A stretch of 64,000 bases of DNA from NCBI GenBank assembly GCA_965206325.1, contig OZ242208.1, forward strand, positions 186,603 through 250,602, read 5' to 3'. A program made the translations under genes and the position numbers. The notes under the pieces are model-generated. The model had not been told where the DNA came from, searched no databases, and saw only the letters and a list, made by a program, of their open reading frames with translations. The stretch comes from Gammaproteobacteria bacterium (GTDB taxonomy: Bacteria; Pseudomonadota; Gammaproteobacteria; Tethybacterales; G965206325). Each line of letters starts with the position of its first letter. Positions within the stretch are counted from its first letter, which is position 1. Positions 20,034 through 29,535 of this stretch are shown in pieces.

Positions 20034-20143
20034 CGGCGCATTATTTTACGCCGCCTCTTGCCGGATTGCGGACGCAGAGCATCGGCGCGAGGATTTTTTA
20101 ATTTTTGATTAGAATTCATTCGCGCAAAAAATCAAAAGAAAAA

Positions 20144-22231
20144 ATGAAAAAGAAAAATGAATTTGTCGCGGTCGTTTTTGACGCGCGCGTGCGGGCGGAA
20201 TTTGACTATCGCCCCCCCGATGGAATTTCCGCCGACGCCGCCGTCGGATGCCGCGTGCTGGCGCCGCTGCGAAAAAAAATGGCGGTCGGACTCGCCGTTG
20301 CAGCGCGAAAAAAATCCGCCGTCGCCGAATCTAAAATCAAGCCGCTGTCGCGCATTTTTTCGGATATGCCGCCGCTGTCCGCTGAATTAATAACGCTGAT
20401 TCGCCGCGCCACCGATGATTCTTTCGCGCCTTTGGGCATCGCTGCTTTCGCCGCTTTGCCGAAAATTTTCCGCCGTCCCGCCGAATTTCGCGCGCTTGGT
20501 GGACTCGCTTTGGCATCTTCGCCGACGACGGAAATTCCGCCCCGCCAAAAAATTGCGCATGAAATTTTAAAGCGATTCCAAATGCAAAATTCCGCCGTCG
20601 TCGCCGAATCCGAAATCCGAAAAATTTCACCAAGCGCCGGGCAAATTGCGAATCGCTTAATCGCCGACGGTATTTTAATTCGCCGTCCGTTTATCGCCGA
20701 AATCGCCGAAGAAAATCCTCCGATTAATTCGCCGACTCTTTTTAGCGATGATGAAATTTCACTGACCGATTCGCAAAATCAAGCGGCGCGCGAAATTGAA
20801 TCGCGGATGGATTTTTCGGAATCGCCGCCGCCGAATTTGCTGATGGGAAAAGGGCGGACGGCGGTTTACGCGAAGTTGTCGGCGGCGGCTTTTGCGGGCG
20901 GAAAGCGCGCTTTAATTCTCGCGCCCGAAGTTTCTCTGGCGGAGCGTCTTGCCGATGAATTGCAGCGGCTTTTGCCCGGGCGAAAAATCATCGTTTTGCA
21001 CGGCGAACTTTCCGGCGGCGAGCAGGCGAGGCGATGGCTGCTCGCGCAGGCGGGAATCGCCGATGTCGTCGTCGGCACGCGGCTTGCCGTTTTCGCTCCG
21101 CTGCCGAACATTGGATTAATCGCCGTTGATGAAGAACAGGACGATTCCTATCGGGAAGAAGAAGGCGCGCATTATTCGGCGCGCGATCTGGCGATTTTTC
21201 GCGGAAATTCCGAAGCGGCAACGGTCGTTTTGGGAGCGGCGACTCCGTCGCTGGAAACCTACGCAAAAGCGGCTGGCGGCGATTATCGCCTTTTTCGCAT
21301 CGGCGAAAGCGAAGGAAAAAAATCGCCGATTCTGCCGCTGGATGTCGTCGGCGAAAAATTATTTCACGGCATCAGCCCTCGGCTCATAGCAGAATTGCGG
21401 CGCGCGCTCGCCAAGGAAAAACGCGGATTAATTTTAACGGGGCGGCTCGCCGATGCATGGTTTTGCCGCCATTGCCGACGCGCATTTTTTGTCGGCAATA
21501 AAGCGGCGATTCGCTGTCCGGACTGCGGAAGCGAAAGCGAATCGCCCCTCGGCATCGGCAGCGAAAAAGCGGCGGCGGCTCTGCGGACGCTTTTTCCGCA
21601 GGCGAAAATTGTCCGAATTGACCGCGATTCGCGGGCGGATTGGGAATCGTCGGCGGATATTTTAGTCGGCGCAAAAATGCCGGCGATGATATCCATTCGC
21701 CCGCCGCCGTCGGTTGTCGGCGTCGTCGGAATGGACGGCGATATTTTTCACAGCGGCGATTTTCGCGCGCCGCTGCGGGCGTTAACGCTGATTCTGCAAG
21801 CGGCGGGACAGGGCGATGCATCGGCGAAAACACTGGTGCAGACGCGCTTTGCGAATCGTCCGCCGCTGTCGGCGATTTTCAGCGGCGGCTTGGAATCGTG
21901 CTGGCGGATTCTTTTGGACGACAGGCGGCGCGCCCAATTGCCGCCGTTTTCGCGGCAGGCGGCGCTTTTCGCCGACGGTCAATCGCCCGCGCAAGTGCGG
22001 AATTTACTCGCCCGCGCGCGATGCTTTGCGGAAAAAATTGCGCCGCCGCAAGTGGAAATTTTTGACGCGGTGCCATCGCGAATCGGCGGGCGGAATCGTT
22101 ATCATTTGCTGGCGCAGTCGGCGGATTTTTGCACGCTGGATTCCTTTCTCCGCCGCTGGATGTCGGCGATGGAGGCGGAAAAATTTAGCGGCGTCCGCTG
22201 GTCGCTGGAAATTAATCCAAATTTTATCTAA
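20144..22231 (+). CDS. priA: Primosomal protein N' (PriA) with degenerate helicase motifs
   Basis: N-terminal FDY..P...G.RVL.P, LILAPE, VVGTRLAVFAPL.N.GLI.VDEE, YSARDLA, PPF.R and C-terminal RW.LEINP. Confidence 0.85.
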   Translation: MKKKNEFVAVVFDARVRAEFDYRPPDGISADAAVGCRVLAPLRKKMAVGLAVAARKKSAVAESKIKPLSRIFSDMPPLSAELITLIRRATDDSFAPLGIAAFAALPKIFRRPAEFRALGGLALASSPTTEIPPRQKIAHEILKRFQMQNSAVVAESEIRKISPSAGQIANRLIADGILIRRPFIAEIAEENPPINSPTLFSDDEISLTDSQNQAAREIESRMDFSESPPPNLLMGKGRTAVYAKLSAAAFAGGKRALILAPEVSLAERLADELQRLLPGRKIIVLHGELSGGEQARRWLLAQAGIADVVVGTRLAVFAPLPNIGLIAVDEEQDDSYREEEGAHYSARDLAIFRGNSEAATVVLGAATPSLETYAKAAGGDYRLFRIGESEGKKSPILPLDVVGEKLFHGISPRLIAELRRALAKEKRGLILTGRLADAWFCRHCRRAFFVGNKAAIRCPDCGSESESPLGIGSEKAAAALRTLFPQAKIVRIDRDSRADWESSADILVGAKMPAMISIRPPPSVVGVVGMDGDIFHSGDFRAPLRALTLILQAAGQGDASAKTLVQTRFANRPPLSAIFSGGLESCWRILLDDRRRAQLPPFSRQAALFADGQSPAQVRNLLARARCFAEKIAPPQVEIFDAVPSRIGGRNRYHLLAQSADFCTLDSFLRRWMSAMEAEKFSGVRWSLEINPNFI

Positions 22232-22462
22232 CTTCGGATAAAAATCGGATAAAAATCTAAAAATAAAACATAATCTTCTAAAATCTTTTATCGTGTTTTT
22301 AATTTTTAGATTCTTCCCTAAAATTCCAAATCCGCCAATTTTTATCTTTTCCGTTATTGACAAATTCGGTTGATAACTCTGTTGATAGTTTTGCCCAAGG
22401 GCGATGGAATTTGCCGTCGGCGGGATTGTCCAATAATTAAGCATCTCTTATTTTTTCCGAAA

Positions 22463-22505
22463 AATCAAGGACTTGCATTAAGAGCCGCGCAAATTCAAGG
22501 AGTTA
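22463..22505 (+). promoter_or_regulatory. Two IHF-consensus sites at the end of an AT-rich intergenic tract
   Basis: AATCAAGGACTTG (22463-22475) is a perfect WATCAAN4TTR; ATTCAAGGAGTTA (22493-22505) has 1 mismatch. Confidence 0.45.
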
Positions 22506-22608
22506 CATCGCTTTTCTAATTCGCTTTGCGGACTCTGTGCAATATTGCCCTGCGATTCCGCTGAATTTGCGGTAAAATGCGCCGTTTGCGCGGCATTGAC
22601 GGGGAAAA

Positions 22609-23970
22609 ATGGATTCGGAAAAACTTATCGGCGGCGGGGCAATTTCGGTCGCCCAACTCGTCCGCAATGCGCGCCGGCTGGTGGAAAACGGATTCGGCCG
22701 GCTGTGGGTGACGGGAGAAGTCATCGGCTTTTCGCGCGCCGCTTCCGGCCACTGCTACTTTTCGCTGAAAGACGAAGACGCGCAAATTGACTGCGTGCTT
22801 TTTTCGCGCTACGCCGAATTTTCCGATTTGCCGCGCGACGGCGAAAAAACGGAAGTTTTGGCCGTCCCGACGATTTTTGAAGCGCGCGGGCGATTTCAAT
22901 TGCGGATTGAAAAAATACGGCGCATCGGCGCGGGGAAACTCTACGAAAAATTTCTGCGCCTGAAAGAATCCCTCCGCCAGCGCGGATGGTTTGATGAATC
23001 GCGCAAGCGTCCGCTTCCAATTTGGCCGCGAAGAATCGGCGTTATCGCTTCGCCCGGCGGGGCGGCGATTCGGGATATATTAAAAACGCTGGAACGGCGG
23101 ATGCCTTCCATTCCGGTCGTCGTTTATCCCGCCCCGGCGCAGGGCAAAGACGCCGCCCCCCGAATCGCGTCGGCCATTTCAGCCGCAAGCCGCCGACGCG
23201 AATGCGATGTTTTAATTCTCGCCAGAGGCGGCGGCGGAATGGAAGATTTATGGGCGTTTAACGAAGAAGAAATTGCGGCGGCGATGGTTAAATCGCCCAT
23301 TCCCATCATCGCGGGAATTGGGCATGAAAGCGATTTTACGATTGCCGATTTCACCGCCGATTTTCGCGCGGCGACTCCCACGGCGGCGGCGGCGGCGGCG
23401 ACTCCGGACCGAAGCGAATGCGCGGCGCGGCTTAAAATTCTGGCGAGGCGGCTGGCGGCGGGGGCGTGGTCGCGGCACGATTCGCTGTCGCAGCGGCTTG
23501 ACCTTGCGCGGCGGGCGTTGATTCATCCGCGCGGAATTGCAGACGATAAAACGGCGCGACTCGGCGATTCGCAGGCGCGATTCGCCCGGGCGATGGCGGG
23601 AATTTTTCGGACGGAATCGGGACGGCTTTCGGCGATGCAGGCGCTTTTGCGCGCGCGCGCGCCGGACGAATCCATTCTTGCGGAAAAAATCGCGATGCTG
23701 TCGCGCCGCTTAAAATCCGCCGCCGACGGCGAATTAAATCGCCTCTCGGCAATTGTTGACGAAAAACGGGCGGCGCTGACGGCGTTGAATCCAAAGCAAG
23801 TGCTGGCGCGCGGATACAGCGTGGCGCAGACCGCCGACGGCGAATCTGTGCGCGATTCGCGGCATCTTAAAATCGGCGACAATTTGCGCCTGATTTTTTC
23901 GCGCGGCGCCGCCAATGCGCGGGTGGAGCAAACTTCGGAATCGCTCCCGATTCGGCGGGAGTCGTGTTAA
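22609..23970 (+). CDS. xseA: Exodeoxyribonuclease VII large subunit
   Basis: W.TGEV..F..A.SGH.YFSLKD, RGGGGMEDLWAFNEE, GIGHESDFTIADF.AD.RA.TPT. Confidence 0.97.
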   Translation: MDSEKLIGGGAISVAQLVRNARRLVENGFGRLWVTGEVIGFSRAASGHCYFSLKDEDAQIDCVLFSRYAEFSDLPRDGEKTEVLAVPTIFEARGRFQLRIEKIRRIGAGKLYEKFLRLKESLRQRGWFDESRKRPLPIWPRRIGVIASPGGAAIRDILKTLERRMPSIPVVVYPAPAQGKDAAPRIASAISAASRRRECDVLILARGGGGMEDLWAFNEEEIAAAMVKSPIPIIAGIGHESDFTIADFTADFRAATPTAAAAAATPDRSECAARLKILARRLAAGAWSRHDSLSQRLDLARRALIHPRGIADDKTARLGDSQARFARAMAGIFRTESGRLSAMQALLRARAPDESILAEKIAMLSRRLKSAADGELNRLSAIVDEKRAALTALNPKQVLARGYSVAQTADGESVRDSRHLKIGDNLRLIFSRGAANARVEQTSESLPIRRESC

Positions 23971-25040
23971 TATCGGAATGCGAAAAGATGCACAACGATG
24001 CGCAAATTGCCGAGGGGGGATTTCGTCCGACCACGACGCGCGCCGATTCTACGGCGGCCGACGGGACGCTGATTGACCGCTACGGACGGCGCATTACATA
24101 CATTCGCCTTTCCGTCACCGACCGCTGCGATTTTCGCTGCGCCTACTGCATGCCGATGGACGCCGTGTTTCTGCCCAAGCGCGAAGTGCTTTCGCTGGAG
24201 GAATGCCTTCGCATCGCGCGCGTTTTCGCCGGACTCGGCGCGCATAAAATTCGCGTGACCGGCGGCGAGCCGCTTGTCCGCCGCAATGTGCTTTGGCTGC
24301 TCAAAGAAATTTCCGCGCTGGACGGCATCAGCGAATTGACGATGACGACCAACGGCTCCCAACTTTCCAAGACGGCGGAATCGCTTGTTCGCGCCGGAGT
24401 TTCGCGCCTTAATATTTCGCTGGATACGCTTCGCCCCGACCGCTTTCGCGCGCTCACCCGCACCGGCGAATTGCACAAAGTGCTGGACGGAATTGCCGCC
24501 GCCGTCGCCGCCGGATTCCGCGAAATCAAATTAAACGCCGTAATGATGCGCGGCGTGAACGACGATGAATTAATAGATTTAGTTAACTTCGCCGCCGCCC
24601 GCGATATTCACATTTCCTTTATTGAGGAGATGCCGCTCGGCGATGTCGGCAGATTTCGCGCCGACACTTATATCAGCAGCGACGAAGCAATGAAAATTCT
24701 GCGCGATGAATTCACCTTGGAAAAAAGTCCGCATCAAAGCGGCGGACCGGCGCGCTATTGGAATCTTATCGGAACAAAAACGCGCGTTGGATTTATTTCG
24801 CCACATTCGCATAACTTCTGCGAATCGTGCAATCGCGTGCGGATTAATTGCGTCGGCGAATTGTTTCCCTGCTTGGGACAAAATGAGTTTATTAACTTAA
24901 AGCCATCCCTCGCCGACGGCGACGACGCCGTCCGCGGATTAATTATGGAAGCGATGGAAATAAAACCCAAAGGGCACGACTTCAACATTTATCAATCGTC
25001 CGCCAAGGTCGTGCGATTTATGTCGGCGACCGGCGGCTGA
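23964..25040 (+). CDS. moaA: GTP 3',8-cyclase MoaA
   Basis: CDFRCAYC radical SAM motif, FCESCNR.R, LFPC, C-terminal MSATGG. Confidence 0.97.
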   Translation: MLISECEKMHNDAQIAEGGFRPTTTRADSTAADGTLIDRYGRRITYIRLSVTDRCDFRCAYCMPMDAVFLPKREVLSLEECLRIARVFAGLGAHKIRVTGGEPLVRRNVLWLLKEISALDGISELTMTTNGSQLSKTAESLVRAGVSRLNISLDTLRPDRFRALTRTGELHKVLDGIAAAVAAGFREIKLNAVMMRGVNDDELIDLVNFAAARDIHISFIEEMPLGDVGRFRADTYISSDEAMKILRDEFTLEKSPHQSGGPARYWNLIGTKTRVGFISPHSHNFCESCNRVRINCVGELFPCLGQNEFINLKPSLADGDDAVRGLIMEAMEIKPKGHDFNIYQSSAKVVRFMSATGG

Positions 25041-25055
25041 CCCCCCCCTTGTGAA

Positions 25056-25895
25056 ATGACTGCGCCGCGACTCACGCGCGCCGAAATTGACGCGACCATA
25101 GAAATCGCCGCCGTTGATGAAAAAGGCGCGGTGCGGCGCGTTTCCATTTCCGCCGAATATCCGCTGACGCTTTATGTCGACCGGCGCGAATTAATCACCT
25201 TGATGACTCTCGGCCAAATGCCGGAGGCGCTCGCCATCGGCTATTTGCGGAATCAAAGATTAATAGAAAAACTCGCCGACATAGAATCGGTGACGGTGGA
25301 TTGGGAAGTCGCCGCCGCCGCCGTCAAAACCAAAAGCGGCCTGCGCGAATTTGATTCGGAAAAGCGCACCGTCACCACCGGCTGCGGGCAGGGAACCATT
25401 TTCGGCGACTTAATGGATGAGGTGGATTCGCTTAGGGTATCGCGCGAATTTTCACTGTCGCGCGCGACGCTTTATGATTTGCTGGATCAAATTCGCAGGC
25501 GCGACACGGTTTATAAATCGTCGGGCGCGGTGCATGGCTGCGCGCTGTCGGCGCTTATCAAAGAGGGGGGGGGGGGGGGCATTGCCGCCGAAGAAAAAAC
25601 GGAAGTTTTAATTTTTGTGGAGGATGTCGGCCGCCATAATGCGGTTGACGCCATCGCCGGCTGGATGTGGCTGAATGATGTCGGCGGCGGCGATAAAATT
25701 TTCTACACCACCGGACGCTTGACTTCCGAGATGGTCATTAAATGCGCGCAGATGGGAATTCCATATTTAATTTCGCGCTCCGGAATTACAAGGATGGGAT
25801 TTGAAGTGGCGAATCAAACCGGGCTGACGGTCATCGGCCGAGCCGTCGGCAAGCATTATCTTGTTTTTTCCGGCGCGGAGCATTTTGCCGGATGA
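25056..25895 (+). CDS. fdhD: Formate dehydrogenase accessory sulfurtransferase FdhD
   Basis: TTGCGQG, GAVHGCAL, EDVGRHNAVD, TGRLTSEMV.K. Confidence 0.95.
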   Translation: MTAPRLTRAEIDATIEIAAVDEKGAVRRVSISAEYPLTLYVDRRELITLMTLGQMPEALAIGYLRNQRLIEKLADIESVTVDWEVAAAAVKTKSGLREFDSEKRTVTTGCGQGTIFGDLMDEVDSLRVSREFSLSRATLYDLLDQIRRRDTVYKSSGAVHGCALSALIKEGGGGGIAAEEKTEVLIFVEDVGRHNAVDAIAGWMWLNDVGGGDKIFYTTGRLTSEMVIKCAQMGIPYLISRSGITRMGFEVANQTGLTVIGRAVGKHYLVFSGAEHFAG

Positions 25896-25896
25896 A

Positions 25897-26523
25897 TTAG
25901 ATCGCCGACAAAATTAACCCAAGTGCAATTGCCGTCATCACCAAGCCGACGAAGGCGTCCAGAATTTGCCATGCTTTCGGCTTCGCAAAAAGAGGAGCCA
26001 AAACGGACGCGCCAAAGGCGAGCGCAAAAAACCAAATAAAAGATGCAGTTATCGCGCCGAGTCCGAAAAAGATTCGGGGAGAGGGGGGGTATCTTCCGGA
26101 CAATCCGCCGATAAGAATTACCGTGTCCAAATAGACATGCGGATTTAATAAGGAAAAGGCAAGCGCCGCCGTAATCGCGCGGCCTGCGCTTTGAATTGGA
26201 GAATCGCTTAATGGCGAAAGCGCGCGCGGCTTCATCGCCGATTTGAATGCAAAGAATCCGCAGGTTAATAAAAAGACCGCCCCCCCCCATGTCGCCGCAA
26301 AAATAAGCGATTCGCTTTTCATCACCAGCGGCCCGATTCCGCCGACGCCGAGCGCGATTAATGCGGCGTCGCACAGCGAGCAGGTCATCGCGACGGCAAG
26401 CACGCGCCGCCGCTTTAATCCCTGCGCCAGAACGAATGCATTCTGCGCGCCGATGGCGATAATCAATCCCGCCCCCAGCGCGAGTCCCTCGGCAAAGGCG
26501 AATGAGAAATCAGCGAAAGACAT
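25897..26523 (-). CDS. argO: LysE/ArgO family amino acid exporter
   Basis: LIIAIGAQNAFVL.QG, SLLNPHVYLDTV. Confidence 0.9.
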   Translation of the reverse strand: MSFADFSFAFAEGLALGAGLIIAIGAQNAFVLAQGLKRRRVLAVAMTCSLCDAALIALGVGGIGPLVMKSESLIFAATWGGAVFLLTCGFFAFKSAMKPRALSPLSDSPIQSAGRAITAALAFSLLNPHVYLDTVILIGGLSGRYPPSPRIFFGLGAITASFIWFFALAFGASVLAPLFAKPKAWQILDAFVGLVMTAIALGLILSAI

Positions 26524-26569
26524 TAAGTAATGTTATATTATCGGCGAATGGCGCGCAGGTTTTTTTAAG

Positions 26570-27166
26570 ATGGAAAATGTCAGCGGATTAATTCTCGCCG
26601 GCGGACGCGGCCGCCGAATGGCGGGCGTTGACAAAGGATTGCAATTGCTTGCCGGCCGTCCTCTTGCGGCTTGGGCGGCGATGCGGCTTGCGCGTCAAGT
26701 TTCGGAATTAATCATTAATGCGAATCGCGGCGCGGAAGAATATGCGAAATTGGGCTTTGCGGTCGTCGCCGATTCGGTCGGCGATTTCGCCGGTCCGCTC
26801 GCCGGAATTCATGCCGGATTATCGGCGGCATCGCGCGAATGGACTGCAATCGCGCCGTGCGATTCGCCGCTTCTGCCCGATAATTTAGTCCGCAAATTAA
26901 TGTCGGCGGCGAAGGAAAAAAAAGCGGAGGTGACGGTCGCCCGCACCGAGCATCGGACGCATCCGGTCTTTATGCTATGCCGCCGAAATTTGCGCGATGA
27001 CTTGGGCGATTTCCTAAAAGAAGGCGGCCGCAAAATTGACCTTTGGTATCCGCGCCATTCTTATGCGGAAGTTTTGTTTGATGATGAAGACGCATTTTCC
27101 AATGTCAACACGCCGCAGGAACTCGCGGAAATGGAATTGCGTTTGCAGGAAATGAATCGCATCTAA
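26570..27166 (+). CDS. mobA: Molybdenum cofactor guanylyltransferase
   Basis: ILAGGRGRRM.GVDKGL, GPLAGI, PCDSP, F.NVNTP. Confidence 0.95.
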   Translation: MENVSGLILAGGRGRRMAGVDKGLQLLAGRPLAAWAAMRLARQVSELIINANRGAEEYAKLGFAVVADSVGDFAGPLAGIHAGLSAASREWTAIAPCDSPLLPDNLVRKLMSAAKEKKAEVTVARTEHRTHPVFMLCRRNLRDDLGDFLKEGGRKIDLWYPRHSYAEVLFDDEDAFSNVNTPQELAEMELRLQEMNRI

Positions 27167-27172
27167 TTAAAA

Positions 27173-28558
27173 ATGGCGGCGAAAAAAAACAAGGTGATGT
27201 TTGTCTGCGCTTCCTGCGGCGCGTCGGCGGGAAAGTGGCAGGGGCAATGCCCGCAGTGCGGCGAATGGAATACGATTGTCGAGCGAATTGGCGGCGTCCG
27301 CGAAAGAGGGAGGGGGGGGGGGGCGAAGGCAATTTCCTTAAGTGAAATTGACGCCGATGAATCGCCGCGCTTTTCGTCGGGAATGGCCGAGTTTGATCGC
27401 GTTCTCGGCGGCGGATTTGTGGACGGCGGCGTGGTTCTTTTGGGGGGGGATCCCGGCGTCGGAAAATCAACTTTGCTTTTGCAGTCGGCGGCGGCGGTTG
27501 CGAAGGAAGGCCGCCGCGCCCTTTATGTCAGCGGCGAAGAATCGTCGCGGCAAATTGCATTGCGGGCGAGGCGGTTGAAATTATCCGCCGACTTGGGGTT
27601 TCTCACTGAAACTTGCGCGGAAGATATCGCGGCGGCGATTATCGCCGAAGATGCGCGGCTGGTCGTTGTTGATTCCATTCAAACGCTTTATTCGTCGGCG
27701 TTTGCCGGAGGAGGCGCGGGAGGCGTTGTGCAATTGCGCGAGTGCACAGCATTGCTTTCGCGGGCGGCGAAAGAAAGCGGCGCGGCCATTGTTTTAATCG
27801 GGCATGTCACCAAAGAAGGCACAGTCGCCGGGCCGAGGGCGCTGGAGCACATGGTGGATGCTGTGATTTATTTTGAAGGCGAAAGGGGGGCGTCCCACCG
27901 CATTTTGCGGGCGGCGAAAAACCGCTTCGGAGCGGTGAATGAAATGGCGGTTTTCGCGATGCTGGACGAAGGTCTGCGCGAAGTGGCGAATCCCTCGCGA
28001 TTATTTTTGGCGCGTCGGCGAAAAGCAGTGGCGGGCGCCGGTGTAGCGGCGGTGCGCGAAGGCAGCCGTCCCTTATTAATAGAAATTCAGGCGCTGGTGA
28101 GTCCGGCGGGCGGCGGCGGCGGTCGGCGGTCGGCGGTTGGATTGGAATCCGATCGCTTGAATCTTCTGCTTGCCGCTTTGACTCGCCATGTCGGCGTGGA
28201 ATGGCACAGCCACGATATTTTTGTCAATGCCGTCGGCGGCGCGCGAATCAGCGAACCGGCGGCGGATTTGGCGGTGGTGTTTGCGGTGCTGTCCTCGTTT
28301 TACGACCGCCCCCTGCCGAGCGGATTGGCGGTATTCGGCGAAGTCGGATTGACCGGCGAAATTCGGCAGGTGCCGGGCGGACAAGAACGAATCGCCGAAG
28401 CCGCCAAGCAGGGATTTTCGCGGATGGTAATTCCGTCGGCGAACAAGCCGCGCCGGGCAATCGGCGGAATGGCGGTGAATCCGGCGGAAAATTTAATGGA
28501 GGCGGTCGGACTTTTGCGCGAGCAATTTGATTCGGCGGCGGAAAAAAATGCCGAATAA
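27173..28558 (+). CDS. radA: DNA repair protein RadA/Sms
   Basis: C..CG....KWQGQCP.CGEWNT, GGDPGVGKSTLLLQ, KNRFG, Lon-like C-terminus. Confidence 0.97.
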   Translation: MAAKKNKVMFVCASCGASAGKWQGQCPQCGEWNTIVERIGGVRERGRGGGAKAISLSEIDADESPRFSSGMAEFDRVLGGGFVDGGVVLLGGDPGVGKSTLLLQSAAAVAKEGRRALYVSGEESSRQIALRARRLKLSADLGFLTETCAEDIAAAIIAEDARLVVVDSIQTLYSSAFAGGGAGGVVQLRECTALLSRAAKESGAAIVLIGHVTKEGTVAGPRALEHMVDAVIYFEGERGASHRILRAAKNRFGAVNEMAVFAMLDEGLREVANPSRLFLARRRKAVAGAGVAAVREGSRPLLIEIQALVSPAGGGGGRRSAVGLESDRLNLLLAALTRHVGVEWHSHDIFVNAVGGARISEPAADLAVVFAVLSSFYDRPLPSGLAVFGEVGLTGEIRQVPGGQERIAEAAKQGFSRMVIPSANKPRRAIGGMAVNPAENLMEAVGLLREQFDSAAEKNAE

Positions 28559-28696
28559 TCGCCCTAATGGAAGAAAGTGGAAAGAAGGAGGGAAGCAATG
28601 CAATTGCCGTCCGCGATGATGACGGAATCATCGGCGCAATCACCGATTCTGATATTCGCCGCGCGCTGGTCGGCATCAAATCCGACGGTTAACATT

Positions 28697-28753
28697 TTGA
28701 CGGTCAATTGCGGATGTGATATAATTTCAATGTTGTTTGCCAATTCTGAATTG
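28697..28753 (+). promoter_or_regulatory. Sigma70 promoter and palindromic operator of the TA pair
   Basis: TTGACG (28697-28702), 17 bp, TATAAT (28720-28725); inverted repeat CAATTC-T-GAATTG (28741-28753) just before ATG 28756. Confidence 0.75.
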
Positions 28754-28755
28754 CG

Positions 28756-28980
28756 ATGAAAATATCCGCTGTTAAGCAAAAGCGCGAAGCGACCAATGCC
28801 CGCGTTTTATCTCGCGCCGCCGCGGGCGGGGCGACGAATTCCCCGCCAAATCGCGCCAAAAAGACGGCGGCAAAATCCGCGCTTGCGAATCGCAAGCGCA
28901 AGCCGTCGGTATTCGGCGCAAATTTCGGCGGCATTAAAATCCTTGGCGACATCGTCGGCCCTTCCGGACTCAAGTGGTGA
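28756..28980 (+). CDS. Putative antitoxin
   Basis: 74 aa, overlaps the PIN gene start; C-terminal FGANFGGIKILGDIVGP resembles PIN-associated antitoxin tails. Confidence 0.6.
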   Translation: MKISAVKQKREATNARVLSRAAAGGATNSPPNRAKKTAAKSALANRKRKPSVFGANFGGIKILGDIVGPSGLKW

Positions 28981-29393
28981 ATCCGCCCGATGGCGTGCTG
29001 CTGGACACGCACACGCTTATCTGGCTTGATTCCGGCGACAGCCGCTTGGGGCCGCAAAGTCGCAGAATTATCGCCGCCGCGCTTGACCGGCGCGCGCTGA
29101 TTGCTTCCGCCGGAGTGTTTTTGGAAACGGCGTGGCGCGTTGCGAAAGGAAAAATCACCCTTGAAATTTCCGTGTCGGAATGGCGGCGGAAATGGCTTGC
29201 GCGCCTGCGGGAATCGCCCATTGACGGCGACATCGCCGTCTTGTCGGCGGATTTGCGGGAGATGAACAAAGATCCCTTCGACTGCATTTTTATGGCGACT
29301 GCCATTTTGCGGCGGATGCGGCTGCTTACGGCGGACGAGGGAATTCTCAAAATCAAAATGCGCGGGCTTTCGCTGGCGGACGCGCGAAAATAG
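28974..29393 (+). CDS. vapC: PIN-domain (VapC) toxin
   Basis: LLDTHTLIW, S...E.A, KDPFD.IF.ATA, LLTAD..I. Confidence 0.9.
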   Translation: MVNPPDGVLLDTHTLIWLDSGDSRLGPQSRRIIAAALDRRALIASAGVFLETAWRVAKGKITLEISVSEWRRKWLARLRESPIDGDIAVLSADLREMNKDPFDCIFMATAILRRMRLLTADEGILKIKMRGLSLADARK

Positions 29394-29535
29394 CGGAGAA
29401 TTCAGCGAATGTCGACAGATACACAGGCGATTCGATGCATCTAAATCGTAACCCTTTGTTTTTTCGGAAAAAAATTATAGGAAATTTTTTGCAAAATTAT
29501 CTAAAAAGGATAATCAAAAATGGTATGATCTAGCC

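Noticed and set aside
26520-26550. dif-like site (TAATGTTATATTATC) between argO and mobA
   Set aside because: Spacer is 7 bp rather than 6 and the arms match XerC/XerD sites poorly; better explained as divergent promoters
28564-28695. Short minus-strand ORF with faint DUF2283-like pattern (MLTVGFDADQRAANIRIG)
   Set aside because: Only ~43 aa, no RBS, and it lies in the TA promoter region
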